The notes under the pieces were generated by a model. It did no database searches. It was not told where the DNA came from and saw only the letters and a list, made by a program, of their open reading frames with translations. The position numbers and the translations under genes are program-made. DNA of 64,000 nucleotides from Malacoraja senta (lineage: Eukaryota), in NCBI GenBank assembly GCA_038087875.1, contig CM075988.1:19222001-19286000 (forward strand). The letters run 5' to 3'. This document shows, one piece after another, positions 35,561 to 47,150 of this stretch (its first letter is position 1; each line of letters begins with the position of its first letter).

Positions 35561-36573
35561 TTTATGCATGAGTTATTTATCCTGGTGGGTCCTATCAGTC
35601 TTCACCTTTCTGCACACACATGGGCAACATTTTGTTCCTAAATGATTACCATCAACCTTTCCTTTCAAAACAGATATAGTCAACTTGGTTTGGTGTTGAG
35701 GAGTAGGGCCCAAGGACCCGTTTCCATGTTGTAAGACTCTATGAATCCATGACTGGAGAGGTTGACCAGGCTGGGACTCTATTCCTTGGAGCGCAGGAGG
35801 AAGAGGGATGACCTTATTGAGGTGCATAAAATCATGAGAGGAATAGATCGGGTAGACGCACATAATCTCTTGCCGAGAGTGGGGAATCGAGAACCAGAGG
35901 ATTTAGGTTTAGGGTGAAGGGGGAAAGATTTATTATGAATCTGAGAGATACCTTTCCACACGAAGGATGGTGGGTGTATGGAACGAGCTGCCGGAGGAGA
36001 TAGTTGAGGCAGGGACTTTGCAATGTTTAAGCAATAATTAGAGAGATAAATGGACTGGACAGGTTTAGAGGGATATGGGCCAATGCAGGCAGGTGGGACT
36101 AATGCAGATGGGACATGTTGGTCGGTGTGGGCAAGTTGGGCCGAAGGACTTGTTTCAACTGTATGACTCTATGATTGTGTGACTCTATGACTGTGTGATT
36201 GTGTGACTCTACGACACTATGACTCTATGCCCATTATAGGTCAAGGACCTAGGAGATTCTATTGAAATATATAAACAAGTTTTTGCAATTCACTTTAGAT
36301 GTTGTTACCGTATCGGAGCTATGGTGGAAGGAAGGGATAGTTGGGTTGAACAAGCTAATAGGTTAGCTCCTGCGGATACGAACCCACCTCTTTCTCCTGT
36401 GTGTTCGTTCAAAGCGACTGCAGTAGATATTCAGGCCAGCATCTCAGCGTTGAGTATATTTGTTTTGACAGGAAAGGTTAACAGCAAACATTTAGAAGCA
36501 ACATGTTACACATGTGTGTGCAGAAAGGTCAAGGCTGAAAGGGGTCCGCCAGGAGAAATAAATCATACATAAA
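35561..36573. repeat. About 125-bp diverged inverted repeat pair (35561-35684 / 36449-36573) enclosing CR1 insertions
   Basis: acctttctgcacacacatg / catgtgtgtgcagaaaggt and aacctttcct.tcaaaaca / tgttttgacaggaaaggtt align in inverted orientation along the whole arms. Confidence 0.8.
35755..36230 (+). mobile_element. CR1 LINE 3' end with ctatga/ctgtgtga-type tail
   Basis: gaccttattgaggtgcataaaatcatgagagg...tggaacgagctgccggagg...gactctatga repeats. Confidence 0.85.
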
Positions 36574-37019
36574 TTCATATACAAACAAAGCTTTCAGATG
36601 TTCACATAAATCTGGCCATCTGGTTACTTGTACCACCTGTTCTCCGCTCCTCTCCTCCAGAAACCTTGAATTGGGTTTTAAACCACACAAAAACACCACA
36701 AAGTGTGCGCTCTTAATATGCAGTGAGTGGAACTGGTTTTAAATGGCAATTACTGCCACTGATTATTGCCATTGCGATAAGTCCTTAGCCGTCAATAATG
36801 GTGCGTTTGGCCAATTATGTGGGAGGGAGAGAAACAACTTGACACCACACTGGAGCAGTTACTTCTCACCGCTCGCAATCCGGTCCCAGTGACACACTAA
36901 CTCAATCCCACTCATTAGAAGCAGTCAAGACCTGACCGTGTCACCACACTATAATACACAATTTAAGTGGGTGACCAGTGGTTGCCATCTCACAACAAGC
37001 AGAAACCCATCGCTGCATT

Positions 37020-37862
37020 TTAAGGATGTCATTAAGTTGGAAAGGTTGCAGAAGAGATTCACCAGGATGTTGCCTGGGCTTGCTGGCTTGAGTTATAGGG
37101 AGCGGTTGCATAGGCTAGGACTTTTTTCTTTCGGAGCGCAGGGTGCTGAGGGGTGACCTTATTGAGGTGTACAAGATCAAGAGGGGCAAGAATAAAATGA
37201 ACACTCACAGTCTTTTTCCCAGGGTTGTCGATTCTAAAACTAGAGGGTACAGGCTTAAGGTGAGAGTGGAGAGATTTAAGAGGGACCTCAGGGGCAACTT
37301 TTTCACTCAGAGGGTAGTCTGTATCTGGAATGAGCTGCCAGAGGAAGCTGCAGAAGTGGATAACAATTACAACTTTAAAAGGTATTTGGACAGAAATATG
37401 GATTTAGTTTAAGTTTTTAGTTTTAGAGATACAGCGCGGAAACAGGCCCTTCGGCCCACCGGGTCCGCGCCGACCAGCGATCTCCGCACATTAACACCAT
37501 CCTACACCCACTAGGGACAATTTTTCAATTTACCAAGCCAATTAACCTACAAACCTGTACGTCTTGGGAGTGTGGGACGAAACCAAAGATCTCGGAGAAA
37601 ACCCACGCAGGTCACGGGGATAATGTACAAATTCCGTATAGGCAGCACCCGTAGTCGGGATCGAACCCGGGTCTCCGGCGATGCATTAGCTGTAAGGCAG
37701 CAACTCTACCGCTGCATCACCTTGACCACCCGATAGAAAGGGTTTGGAGGCTATGGACCAAATGCAGGCAACTGGGACCTGCACAGTATGTCAACTTGGC
37801 ATGGTCAAGGTGGGCTGAAGGCTTGTTTCTGTGCTGTACACCTCTATGACTTTATGACTCTA
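37020..37862 (+). mobile_element. CR1 LINE 3' fragment split by a SINE
   Basis: KDVIKLERLQKRFTRMLPGL, LRGDLIEVYKI, TRGYRLKVR, WNELPEE. Confidence 0.9.
37403..37731 (-). mobile_element. HE1/V-type SINE (young, CpG-rich)
   Basis: gggatcgaacccgggtctcc B-box and caactctaccgctgc A-box on the reverse strand. Confidence 0.9.
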
Positions 37863-38139
37863 AATACCCTTCTGTTTGTGTAAATCTGATCCATTTTGTA
37901 GTTGAGGAGATTAATGTTAAAGCAACTTTGTTAACCATTGTACAATGATGCTGGGACAGGTGAGGTTCTTAATTGAAGTCCCTCCACTGGTTTGGAACAA
38001 TAGTCAGTGAACCAAATAGAAACGGGGGAAACCAGACACCTGTCAGAGGTCACAGGACTTGCCTCACAGCTCCGCTCTGCAAACCGCAACAACCTATACA
38101 CCAGGGAAAAGGGTATTGTTTTATTACTACAGTGAAAAT

Positions 38140-38510
38140 ACAGTTAAAAGCTTTTGTTTGCATGCTGCCCAAACTGTACATGAATGCAATCTAGCCGTAC
38201 ACATGTGGAACAGAAGAGAAAAGTACCAGAGTGCAGAGTGTTACAGCGTAATAACATTACACTTACGGAGGATAAACTGCAAGGTCCACAATGAGGTAGG
38301 TTGGAAGATCGGGACTACACCTTAGTTTATGGGAGGATTGTTTGGTATTCTGATAACAGAGGGGAGACATCTGATCCTGAATCTGGTGGTATATACGTAC
38401 AAGCTTCTGTCGACGGGAGAGGGGAGAAGAGGGAATGGCGGGGGAGCGAGTTGTCCTTGGTTATGTTGGCAGCTTTCCCAAGGCAGCGTGAAGTATAGAT
38501 GGGGTCCATG
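38140..38510 (-). mobile_element. Rex1-type 3' fragment
   Basis: ORF 38327-38509 IYTSRCLGKAANITKDNSLPRHSLFSPLPS. Confidence 0.7.
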
Positions 38511-38724
38511 GTGGGGATGCAGGTCTGTGTGATAACAATTTAATGATGTATAGATAAAAATAAAATTCCAAGTATTTCAACATATGACCAAAATAATTTA
38601 CTAAAGTTGAAAGTTTGACAGTTGGGACATCTGCCTGCAACCAATATATACTTATTTGTTGTATTTTGTTTACAGGCCTGTTAAGCTGCAACAAGGAAGA
38701 ATTTTGCTCGCTGTGACTTACCAG

Positions 38725-38905
38725 GCTTTGTCCCACCCCTACCTCTTTTCCAGCTTATATCCACCACTGCAAACAGTCTGAAGATGGGTCCCGATCTGAA
38801 ACGTCACTTATCCATGTTCTCTAAGGATGCTGCCTAACTTGCTGAGTTACTCCAGGACTTTGTGCTCTCTGCAAGATTCCTGCATCTGCAGTTGCTTGTG
38901 TCTGC
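38725..38905 (+). mobile_element. Penelope-like terminal repeat with hammerhead core
   Basis: agt-CTGAAGA-tgggtcccgatct-GAAACGTC-act at about 38775-38808. Confidence 0.7.
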
Positions 38906-39037
38906 AAGTCAGATTTTAATTGTTCTGATGACAATGCATGTCACAATTAAACACTCTTGACTTTTGATCTGAATTCGAAGTGGAGATAGATAAAGAGATT
39001 ATAGAATTGACAGCTGTGGGAAAAATGAGAAAGTCAG

Positions 39038-39342
39038 GGGCATCACGGTGGCGCAGCGGTGGAGTTGCTGCCTTACAGCGCCAGAGACCCGGGTTCGATC
39101 CTGACTGCGGGTGCTGTCTGTACCGAGTTTGTACGTTCTCCCCGTGACCTGCGTGGGTTTTCTCCGGGTGCTCTGGTTTCCTTCAACACTCCGAAGATGC
39201 ATAGGATTTTAGGTTAATTGTAAAATTATAAGAATTGTCCCTAGTGTGTGCAGGATAGTGTTAGTGTATGGGGAAAGCTGGTCGGCGTGGACTCGGTGGG
39301 CCGAAAAGCCTGTTTCCACGCTGTATCTCTGAACTAAACTAA
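39038..39342 (+). mobile_element. HE1/V-type SINE
   Basis: Full head with A- and B-boxes, central domain and tail. Confidence 0.9.
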
Positions 39343-41049
39343 GATGAGAAGTTGAGGACTGTGGTTGATCGGCCATGATTATGAATGGCGGAGCAGGCTG
39401 GAGGGGCCGAGTGGCCTCCTCCTGTTAGTCCCTTGCATTTTTGTGCTCTTGTTTGTGAAAAATGTTTGATATGACAAAGTACTGCCTGCTCCGAACTCAT
39501 TAAAGCAGTCAGCATTGTGAACTGCACAACCCAATAATGTCTGCACTGAGCAATGCCTTATCTAAAGTTTCATTTATATTTTCACAACAGAGGAAAGTAT
39601 TTTTCTGATGGATGAGAAACAAAGCACATCAAATATAATGCAACTCTATTTAAAGAGGAAAATGTCCTTTCTCCCGAATACGAAACTGAATCGAAGTACT
39701 GAGCATAAAGCATGCTGAATGCTTTATAAATGTGAGCTTCAAAACGTAAAATAATTCAAATGGCTTCCATCTTTCTGAAACATCCAGATGCTGCGCCCAT
39801 CTGATCCTTGTTATTTGATCGTGATTAACATTGACATTATGGGGGTCTTTCTGATTATATTTTAGGGTGTCTCTGATTACATTTATGGGGATCTCTCGGC
39901 TTTGTGCCATATTTAGTCTTTAGACTTTAGAAATACCGGGTCCTCAGCGATCAGCAATCACCTCCTACTCTAACGCTATTCTACACACACTAAAAGCAAT
40001 GTTGCCCCTCAGGTTCTTATTACATCTTTTCCTTCTCACCTTAAATGTCTTCACTTGATCTTGGTTCCCATACCAAAGACACTTTGTGCATTCACCCTAT
40101 CTATTCCCCTCATGGTTTTATGCACACATGGTAAAATGACACCTCAACCTCCTGCCCTCCATGGAATAAAGTCTGAGCCTGCCCAATCTCTCCCCAATCC
40201 CACACTAATGCCATATCTTGTAATGCCCAAGTTCCCATCAAACTCCCCAGATTCTGTCACTCGCCCACACACTAGGGGCAAGTTGCAAAGGACAACTAAT
40301 CTACTACCCACCGCAGGTGGTAACCGGAACCCCAAGAAGAAGCCCACAGGGAGAACGTGCATACTCCACACTAACAGCCCGAGGTCAGGATTGAACATGA
40401 TTTCTGGCGCTGTGAGGCAGCAGCTCTACTTGCTGTTCCACTGTGCTGCCTGCATCCGTACAATGCGGCAGCTTCTATTGAATCACCAACCATCTGACCA
40501 TGCTTTTAACAAATATACAATTGCTCAAAACATTAATTACTATTAATCTGTCATCTTTCATTATTTAACTGAAAACATCAAACTCCTTGGCTTACACCAC
40601 ACATTGCCTGGGCTTTACTGACAACAGAAATCAATACTTTTTAAAAATGTTTTAAACTTTGACAGAATTTGCAATATGAATTTATGTTCAGAGCCTGGCA
40701 GGACTCTCCACTCATCAGGAAGCGGTACTAATATTTTGGTCTTTACTGTGCAGTCGATAGGTGTGACAAACCTATTAGCATCACTTTGTACAGCGGCTTT
40801 GGTGAGAACAGGCACAAGGGAAATATATTGCAAGCGCAAGAAGTTTGAAGAGAAAATGATGGACGCATTTCATCTATCTGAAGCCAAACAACCTTCCAGG
40901 TGAATACAAATGAAAACACGGCTCAAAATGTAGAGGGATACCTGGTAGATAATGCTTTCAATTAAAGTTGGTCATAAGAATTGGCTTCTCATTGGAACGT
41001 GATCATGATATTGCTTCAACTATATCTCCATTCAACAACTTAATATACA

Positions 41050-41438
41050 AGTAGATCAACACAAAAAGCTGGTGTAACTCAATGGGTCAGACAGCATCTC
41101 TGGAAAAAAGTAATAGGTGACGTTTTGGGTAGAGAATGAGAATAAGAGTCAGGGGAAAGGGAAACGAGAGAAATGGGTTATAAGCTGCGCAAGCGAAATA
41201 TGAGATGCTGTTCATCCAATTTGCAGTTGGCCTCAATCTGACAATGGAGGAGGCCTAGGACAGAAAGGTTGTGTGGGAATGGGAAGGGGAATTAAAGTGT
41301 TTGGCAACCGGGAGATTAGGTAGGTCCAGGCGGACTGGGCGAAGGTATTCAGCGAAACGATGGCCCAGTCTACGTTTGGTCTCGCCGATGCATAAGAGTC
41401 CACACCTTGAACAACGGATACAGTAGATGAGGTTGGAG
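41050..41438 (-). mobile_element. Penelope-like element fragment (GIY-YIG region and terminal repeat)
   Basis: Reverse translation SNLIYCIRCSRCGLLCIGETKRRLGHRFAEYLR...VAKHFNSPSH. Confidence 0.85.
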
Positions 41439-41774
41439 TAAAAGTACGTGTAATTATGCGGAAGAGTTAAAAGTGTGTGAAACGGGGAAGTGCACGGATT
41501 ACATATATGTGTCAGGCATATTACATATATGTGTCAGGCACATTACAGACCCTCATTATTTGTTGCATCTCACACTATTATTAGGTTAAAAAAATTGCTG
41601 GTGGATGCTGAAGTGAATTCATATTGAACAATCAATTAAACCGAGGCTAGAACTTTTTAAATATCGACACTTCTAAAAATAAAAAAAACAAAAAAAAACT
41701 GGAGAGTCAAATGCAACGAAATTTCGTTCTAGGTGCACTGTGTATAGGTGTATATCTGAATGACAATAAAGTTT

Positions 41775-41817
41775 TCATTCATTCATTCATTCATTCATTC
41801 ATTCATTCATTCATTCA
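41775..41817. repeat. (TTCA)n microsatellite tail of a Rex1-type 3' end
   Basis: Follows gaaatttcgttc...gaatgacaataaag. Confidence 0.8.
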
Positions 41818-42608
41818 TAATTGTTTGGAATTATAACAAATGTTATTGTAATTGGTTTGCTCAATTCATGTATATAAATAGCTTAATTAATTTTGGGATT
41901 CATTTATTTTCGGAAGGGTAACGCGGTGCTACATGACTGTTTGCAAATATGTAAGTGTTGCACGTGTGTCTGTAAATCTATGCATCCTTATTGGGAAGAA
42001 GCTACAGAAGCCTCCGAACCGTGACCTCCAGGTTCAAGAACAACTTCTTCCCAACAGCTATCAGGCTGTTGAACACTGCACAACACTAACCTCAGCAACT
42101 GTGTCTTCAGTTGCACGACCGACTTCAGCGCTGTTATGGTTACGTAATATTATGGTTATTGTGTTTTTGATTATTTATCTGGTGTTCTGGTGTGTTACGG
42201 ACCTGTTCATCTGCAGCCAATAAGAATTTCACGGTTCCGTTACCGGTACATGTGATAATTAAACACTCTTGACTTGACTCTCTGACCTGCAAGTACACCA
42301 AATGCTTCCATAGCCCACACTGATATTGTGCAGTGTGTTCCATGGATTATCCTGCTGCTTTTTTAATTCTTCTTCCCAGGTTTACCTTCCGTTACCTGCT
42401 GGAGACATCCAGGTTCAATCTGAGCATCTTCCCAACAATCATCGAGCTCTTGAACATTGCACTACACCAACCTCAGCAACTGCGGTCTTCCATGGTTATC
42501 TAGTATTATTAATTTATTGTACCACTGATTATTATATATTTATTTGTTGCATTATTGCATTCATGTACCTGTTAAGCTGCAGCAAGTAAGAATGTAATTA
42601 GAATGTCT

Positions 42609-42915
42609 GGGGCCTGTCTCACTGTACGAGGTAATTCAAGAGCTCTCCCGAGTTTAAAAAAAAATCAAACTCATGGTAAGTATGTAGAATGTACGTAGCG
42701 GCTATGTTGGAGCTCATGGATGTCTCGTAGCGGCTCGTAATACTAACGGCAGGTACTCGGGAAACGCGGTTACTCGTGAAGTTTTTTCAGCACTGTGAAA
42801 AATGTCCACGAGAGCCCCGAGGACCTACGAACGTCTATTACCGTAATTCTCCGAGGTCGAATCAGGGGAAACTCGGGAGAACTCTTGAATTATCTCGTAC
42901 AGTGGGACAGGCACT
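42609..42915. mobile_element. PIF/Harbinger-type MITE related to 2981-3310
   Basis: TIRs gcctgtctcactgtacgaggtaattcaagag / ctcttgaattatctcgtacagtgggacaggc; interior similar to the 2981-3310 copy. Confidence 0.85.
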
Positions 42916-42917
42916 AA

Positions 42918-43127
42918 AAGCCCTGTCCCACGGTACGAGTTCATTCCAAGAGCTCTCACGAGTTTAAAAAAAATCAGACTCATGGTAAGCACAGTGAATG
43001 AACGTAGCGGGCATGTCCCCGAGCTCCGACATACCCGATACGTTCATTCTCTGTGTTTACCATGAGTTCGATTTTTTAAAAACTCGTGAGAGCTCTTGGA
43101 ATGAACTCGTACCGTGGGACAGGGCTA
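42918..43127. mobile_element. Fully palindromic derivative of the same MITE family
   Basis: Left about 100 bp of the 2981-type element followed by its own reverse complement; centre gagctc at about 43021-43026. Confidence 0.85.
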
Positions 43128-43330
43128 ATAAGACTATGAAGAATGATCTCGACCCGAAACATCACCCATTTCTTCTCTCCAGAGATACTGCCTGTCCCGC
43201 TGAGTTACTCCAGCATTTTGTGTCAATCTTCAATTTAAACCAGCACCTGCAGTTCCTTCCTGCACATGAGAAAGTGGTTGTTCCATTGCCGGTACTTGAC
43301 AATTAAACATCCTTGCCTCTCTCTTGGGTC

Positions 43331-43618
43331 TTGTGTGTGTGTGTGAGAGTGTGTATCTATGCGTGTGAATGTAAAAATATATGTTTGTGTGTGTGTGTGT
43401 GTGTGTATGTGTGTGTAAAAGTGTATGTGTTCATATGCAGTGTGTGCATGTTTGTACGCACATGTGTGCATTTGTTTGTGTGCATGTATGCGTGTGTGTG
43501 CACGTGTATATGTGCACATTTGTGTATTTGTGTCTGCATGTGTGTATGTGTGTGTGTGTGTACATATGTGCATGGTGTTTGTGGGCGCACACATGTGTGT
43601 TTGTGTGTGCATGTGTGA
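43331..43618. repeat. Degenerate (TG)n microsatellite
   Basis: Long alternating purine-pyrimidine tract. Confidence 0.95.
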
Positions 43619-45440
43619 AATCTTGTCAGCTTGTATGGTGTGTTATGGCTGTTGCAACATAGTCGAGTCTAGCTGTGTCTTCAATAAAGCATGGTCTTTA
43701 ATGGCTCTACCACTGCTTATGTGTTTATGCAAACAGCAGCACAGAGAAACCCAGAGACACTGCACACAGGTTTTGAGATGCAGTATCCTGAGTGAAGCTG
43801 AAGGCAATTAATACAGAGCCATCTCGTCCAATTCAACAACCATGGATCAAAACCAGTCAGTGAAATAATGGTGAGCTCTGGATCAGAGCACAGATTACTG
43901 AACAAATCAGTAAAATCAAACAGGACTCTTGTGTCTGAAGCTGATGATGATTCCACCTGGCATTAACCTATTTCCAAATGTTGTCCATTGCTGGGGCTGG
44001 GAGTCAAATTCCCCAGTCTGAAGAAGGGTCCCGACCCGAAGCATCACCTATCCATGTTCTCCAGAGATGCTGCCCGACCTACTGAGTCACTCCAGCACTT
44101 GGTGTCTTTTTTGTAAACTAGCATCTGCAGTTCCTTGTGCCTGCAGAATTAAAAAAATTGCTGAGCTTTCTCAATGGACACTTGCGAGATGTTCAAGTGC
44201 AAAATCAACAGCAGGAATGGAGATCGGTATCGAATACATTGCCTTGCTGAAGAGAGATGGAGCAGGAACAAAGAACATTAACAGAGAAGGATAACTTTAT
44301 GAGCATATAGACTTTTTTCGCTGTGTAGTTTCAAACCTTGATTACCTTTGCTCTTTGAAAAGACTGACAGTAACACAGTGTCGTATTAATAGTGACCAGG
44401 AAACTACCAGAGTTTTGTTGTAAAGAAGGATAGTTTTACTAAAGCTCTTCTGAAGAGGAAATCCCCTGTGGTGAAGGTTTTTGGCACACTACCTTTCATT
44501 GTGAAGGATACAAAAATTGAGTACAAATGTTGCTACATCATTGATGCAGCTGTACAAACCATTGGTGAGACCACACTCTGAAGGACTGTGTGCAGTTCTG
44601 GTCACCTAGCTAGAAGAAGAATGGCATTAAGTTGGAAAAGGTGCAGTGGTGATTCACCAGGATCTTACCTGGACTCAAAAGAACACAAAGAACTGGAGTA
44701 ACTCAGCGAGTCAAGCAGCACCAAGCAGGAACGATTTAGAGGGATATGGGCCAAACGTGGGCAGGAAGGATTAGCTTAGATAGGGTATTTGGTGGGCATG
44801 GACAAGTTGGACCCAAGGGCCTATTTATTTTGCTGCGTGACTCTATGAATCTGTGACTCCAGCTTCACCAATATGATTGACTTTTAACTGCAATTCTGCA
44901 ATGGCAGGAAGTTAAGGCTGGACAACGTATGGCTTTGTGAACAAAACTCACATTCCATGGAAGAATCTTTTTAGAAAGCCCAGGTGAAACTTTGTATTAA
45001 ATCCCATTATTTGGACTACAGCCATTAAATTGCATGAAGTTCTTCACTGTCACATTTGAGAAGGTTTTCTTGCGGTCATTTCTCTTCTGTTTCTTCGTGT
45101 TGTTTTTCTCCCAATTTATCCCATTTGCAGTAAATGAAAGACGTGAGCAATTGAGCAAGCTGCTCAATGACCTGGCTTCCCTCGTCAATGTGCTTCAGCA
45201 CTTTTGTTGCTACTGCTGCTTTTCTCACTTGATTAAATATAATTTCCAACCGGGAAGCACAAAAGCTTCTCTCCCTCGGGACCTGGTTACAAATCAGACA
45301 CTCCAAACAGAAATGAGGACGTTTATTCTTTTCCACCAGTTATTGGACTTGGGTATGCTGAGTAGAAGTTGCGCAAAGCAGCCCTTCAGTGGACGGCGAG
45401 ATCCCTCAGATCAATCCCTAATTTGATAGACATAATCCTA

Positions 45441-45568
45441 TCTGAAGAAGGGTCTCGACCCGAAACGTCACCCATTACTTCTCTCCAGAGATGCTGCCTG
45501 TCCCGCTGAGTTACTCCAGCATTTTGTGTCCATCTTCGATTTAAAAAAGCATCTGCAGTTACTTCATA
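45441..45568 (+). mobile_element. Short Penelope-like terminal repeat with intact hammerhead core
   Basis: CTGAAGA(45442-45448)-agggtctcgaccc-GAAACGTC(45462-45469); flanked by acataatc(a)cta direct repeats. Confidence 0.8.
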
Positions 45569-45865
45569 CACATAATCACTAATTGGATATGATTTAGTTG
45601 ATTCGGAAGTTCAGTAAAAAACAGGAGTAAGGAAATTGACACATTCTCCTGTGATTATACATAAAACTGAAGGATGTGTTAACATCAGAAACCTTTCAAT
45701 TATATCCCACTGTTCTCTCCAGAGCTGGTTGTTGGTGTACATTAAGAACAATAAATAAATGTCATTTAACACCCATGTTCATACTTCTTCTTATCGAGTC
45801 CACATCACAAGATTAGAAATTGTTCAGCCAGAGCTGAACACATTATCTCGGCATCTGCATACAAT

Positions 45866-45964
45866 TGCTTCTTGCGCTTCTTGTGGTTCTTGTGCTTCTT
45901 GTGCGTAGTGGTGGAACGATTGGTGGAAACAGGGCCGCGACGTGAACGCTCTTTCCTTGACCCT
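45866..45964 (-). mobile_element. About 100-bp element: 5' HDV-like ribozyme plus (CACAAGAAG)n-type tail
   Basis: Ribozyme fold followed by accactacg-cacaagaag-cacaagaac-cacaagaag-cgcaagaag; no convincing TSD. Confidence 0.7.
45913..45964 (-). ncRNA. Minimal HDV/CPEB3-like ribozyme (predicted fold)
   Basis: AGGGUC-AA-GGAAAGA-GCG-UUCACGU-CGC-GGCCCU-GUUUCCA-CCAA-UCGUUCC: P1 6 bp, P2 6/7 bp, P3 perfect, same L3 as the 7669-7722 copy. Confidence 0.75.
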
Positions 45965-46014
45965 ACGTTCATACTAAGGTAGAACAACTTCCACCACCAT
46001 GGGAGTGGGGCAAT

Positions 46015-47150
46015 GCAGTTTGACTCATTTAGAACCTTTGATAAGGTTCCTCGTGGTAGGCTGCTGTGAAAGGTTAGATTGCAGGGGATACAGGGAGAGC
46101 TGGTTAATTGGCAACATCATTCACTTGATGGTAGGAAGCAGAGGGTGAAGGTGGAACGTTGACGGCCTGTGACTAGTGGCGTGCCTCAGAGATCAGTGCT
46201 GAGCCTATTGCTGTTAGTCACCTATATCAATGATTTAAATGACAGGGTACAAGGCATGGCTAGTAAGTCTGCAGATGACACTGAAATAGGTAGTAACGTT
46301 GGCAGTGAAGAAATATCAAGTATTGTAGTGGGATCTTAGGATATGCAAGGAGGATAGGGGGCTGAGGAGTGACAAATGATATTTAATTCGAGGTGTTGGA
46401 TTTTGGGAAGTTAAAACCGGGCAGGACCCCTACAGTGTGTGGTCTAGTGCGGCGGAGTGTTGCAGTGCAGAGGGATCGAGGAGTACAAGTACAGGTAGAT
46501 AGGGGATAAAGATGGCTTTTGGCTCGCTGGCCATTATTAGTCAAGGAATTTAGTACAGAAGCTGATACCGAAGATAGACACAAAAAGCTAGTGTAACTCA
46601 GCGGGTCAAACAGCATCTGTGGAGAAAAGGAATTTGGTACTTTGGTTACAGTTGTATGATAATTATGCTGAATATTGTGTTCAGTTTGGGTCGGCCTACT
46701 TTGGGAAGAATTTGCGAGGATGTTGCCAGGCTTTGAGGGCCTGAGCAATCAGGAAAGGTTGGACAGGCTTGGATTTTATTCCTTGAAGCATAGGAAACTG
46801 AGGGGTGATCTTATAGAGGTGTATAAAATTATGAGGGATATAGATAGGGTGAGTGCTCATGGTTCATAAATCAGCGAACTAGAGGATATAGGTATAAAGT
46901 GAGAGGGGAAAGATATAATAGGAACCTGTGGGGCAAATTTTTGCACGGGGGGTGGTGGGTAGATGGAACGAGCTGGCAGAGGAACTAGTTGAGGCAGCTA
47001 CACTAACAACATTTAAAAGACGTTTGGACTGGTACATGGATAGAAAAGGTTTAGGGGACACATGGGGTTAATGCAGGCAAATGGGACTAGCTTAGATGAG
47101 CATCTAGGTTAGCATGGATGAGTTGGGCTGAAGGGTCTGTGTGACTGTAT
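46015..47150 (+). mobile_element. CR1 LINE RT fragment (degenerate), with small Penelope-like insertion at about 46565-46630
   Basis: FDKVPRGRLL, VTSGVPQRSVL, YINDL, ADDT and LRGDLIEVYKIMR motifs. Confidence 0.9.

Noticed and set aside
40676..40903. Possible exon ending ccag|gtgaat
   Set aside because: Weak acceptor and no recognisable homology.
41498..41547. 22-bp tandem duplication (similarly about 26 bp at 23149-23196)
   Set aside because: Ordinary local slippage duplications with no sign of function.
43235..43811. His/Thr- and Cys/Val-rich ORFs
   Set aside because: Translations of a (TG)n microsatellite.
45034..45426. Possible exon after the pyrimidine tract ending ttgcag at about 45130
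   Set aside because: No recognisable protein similarity and no convincing matching donor.
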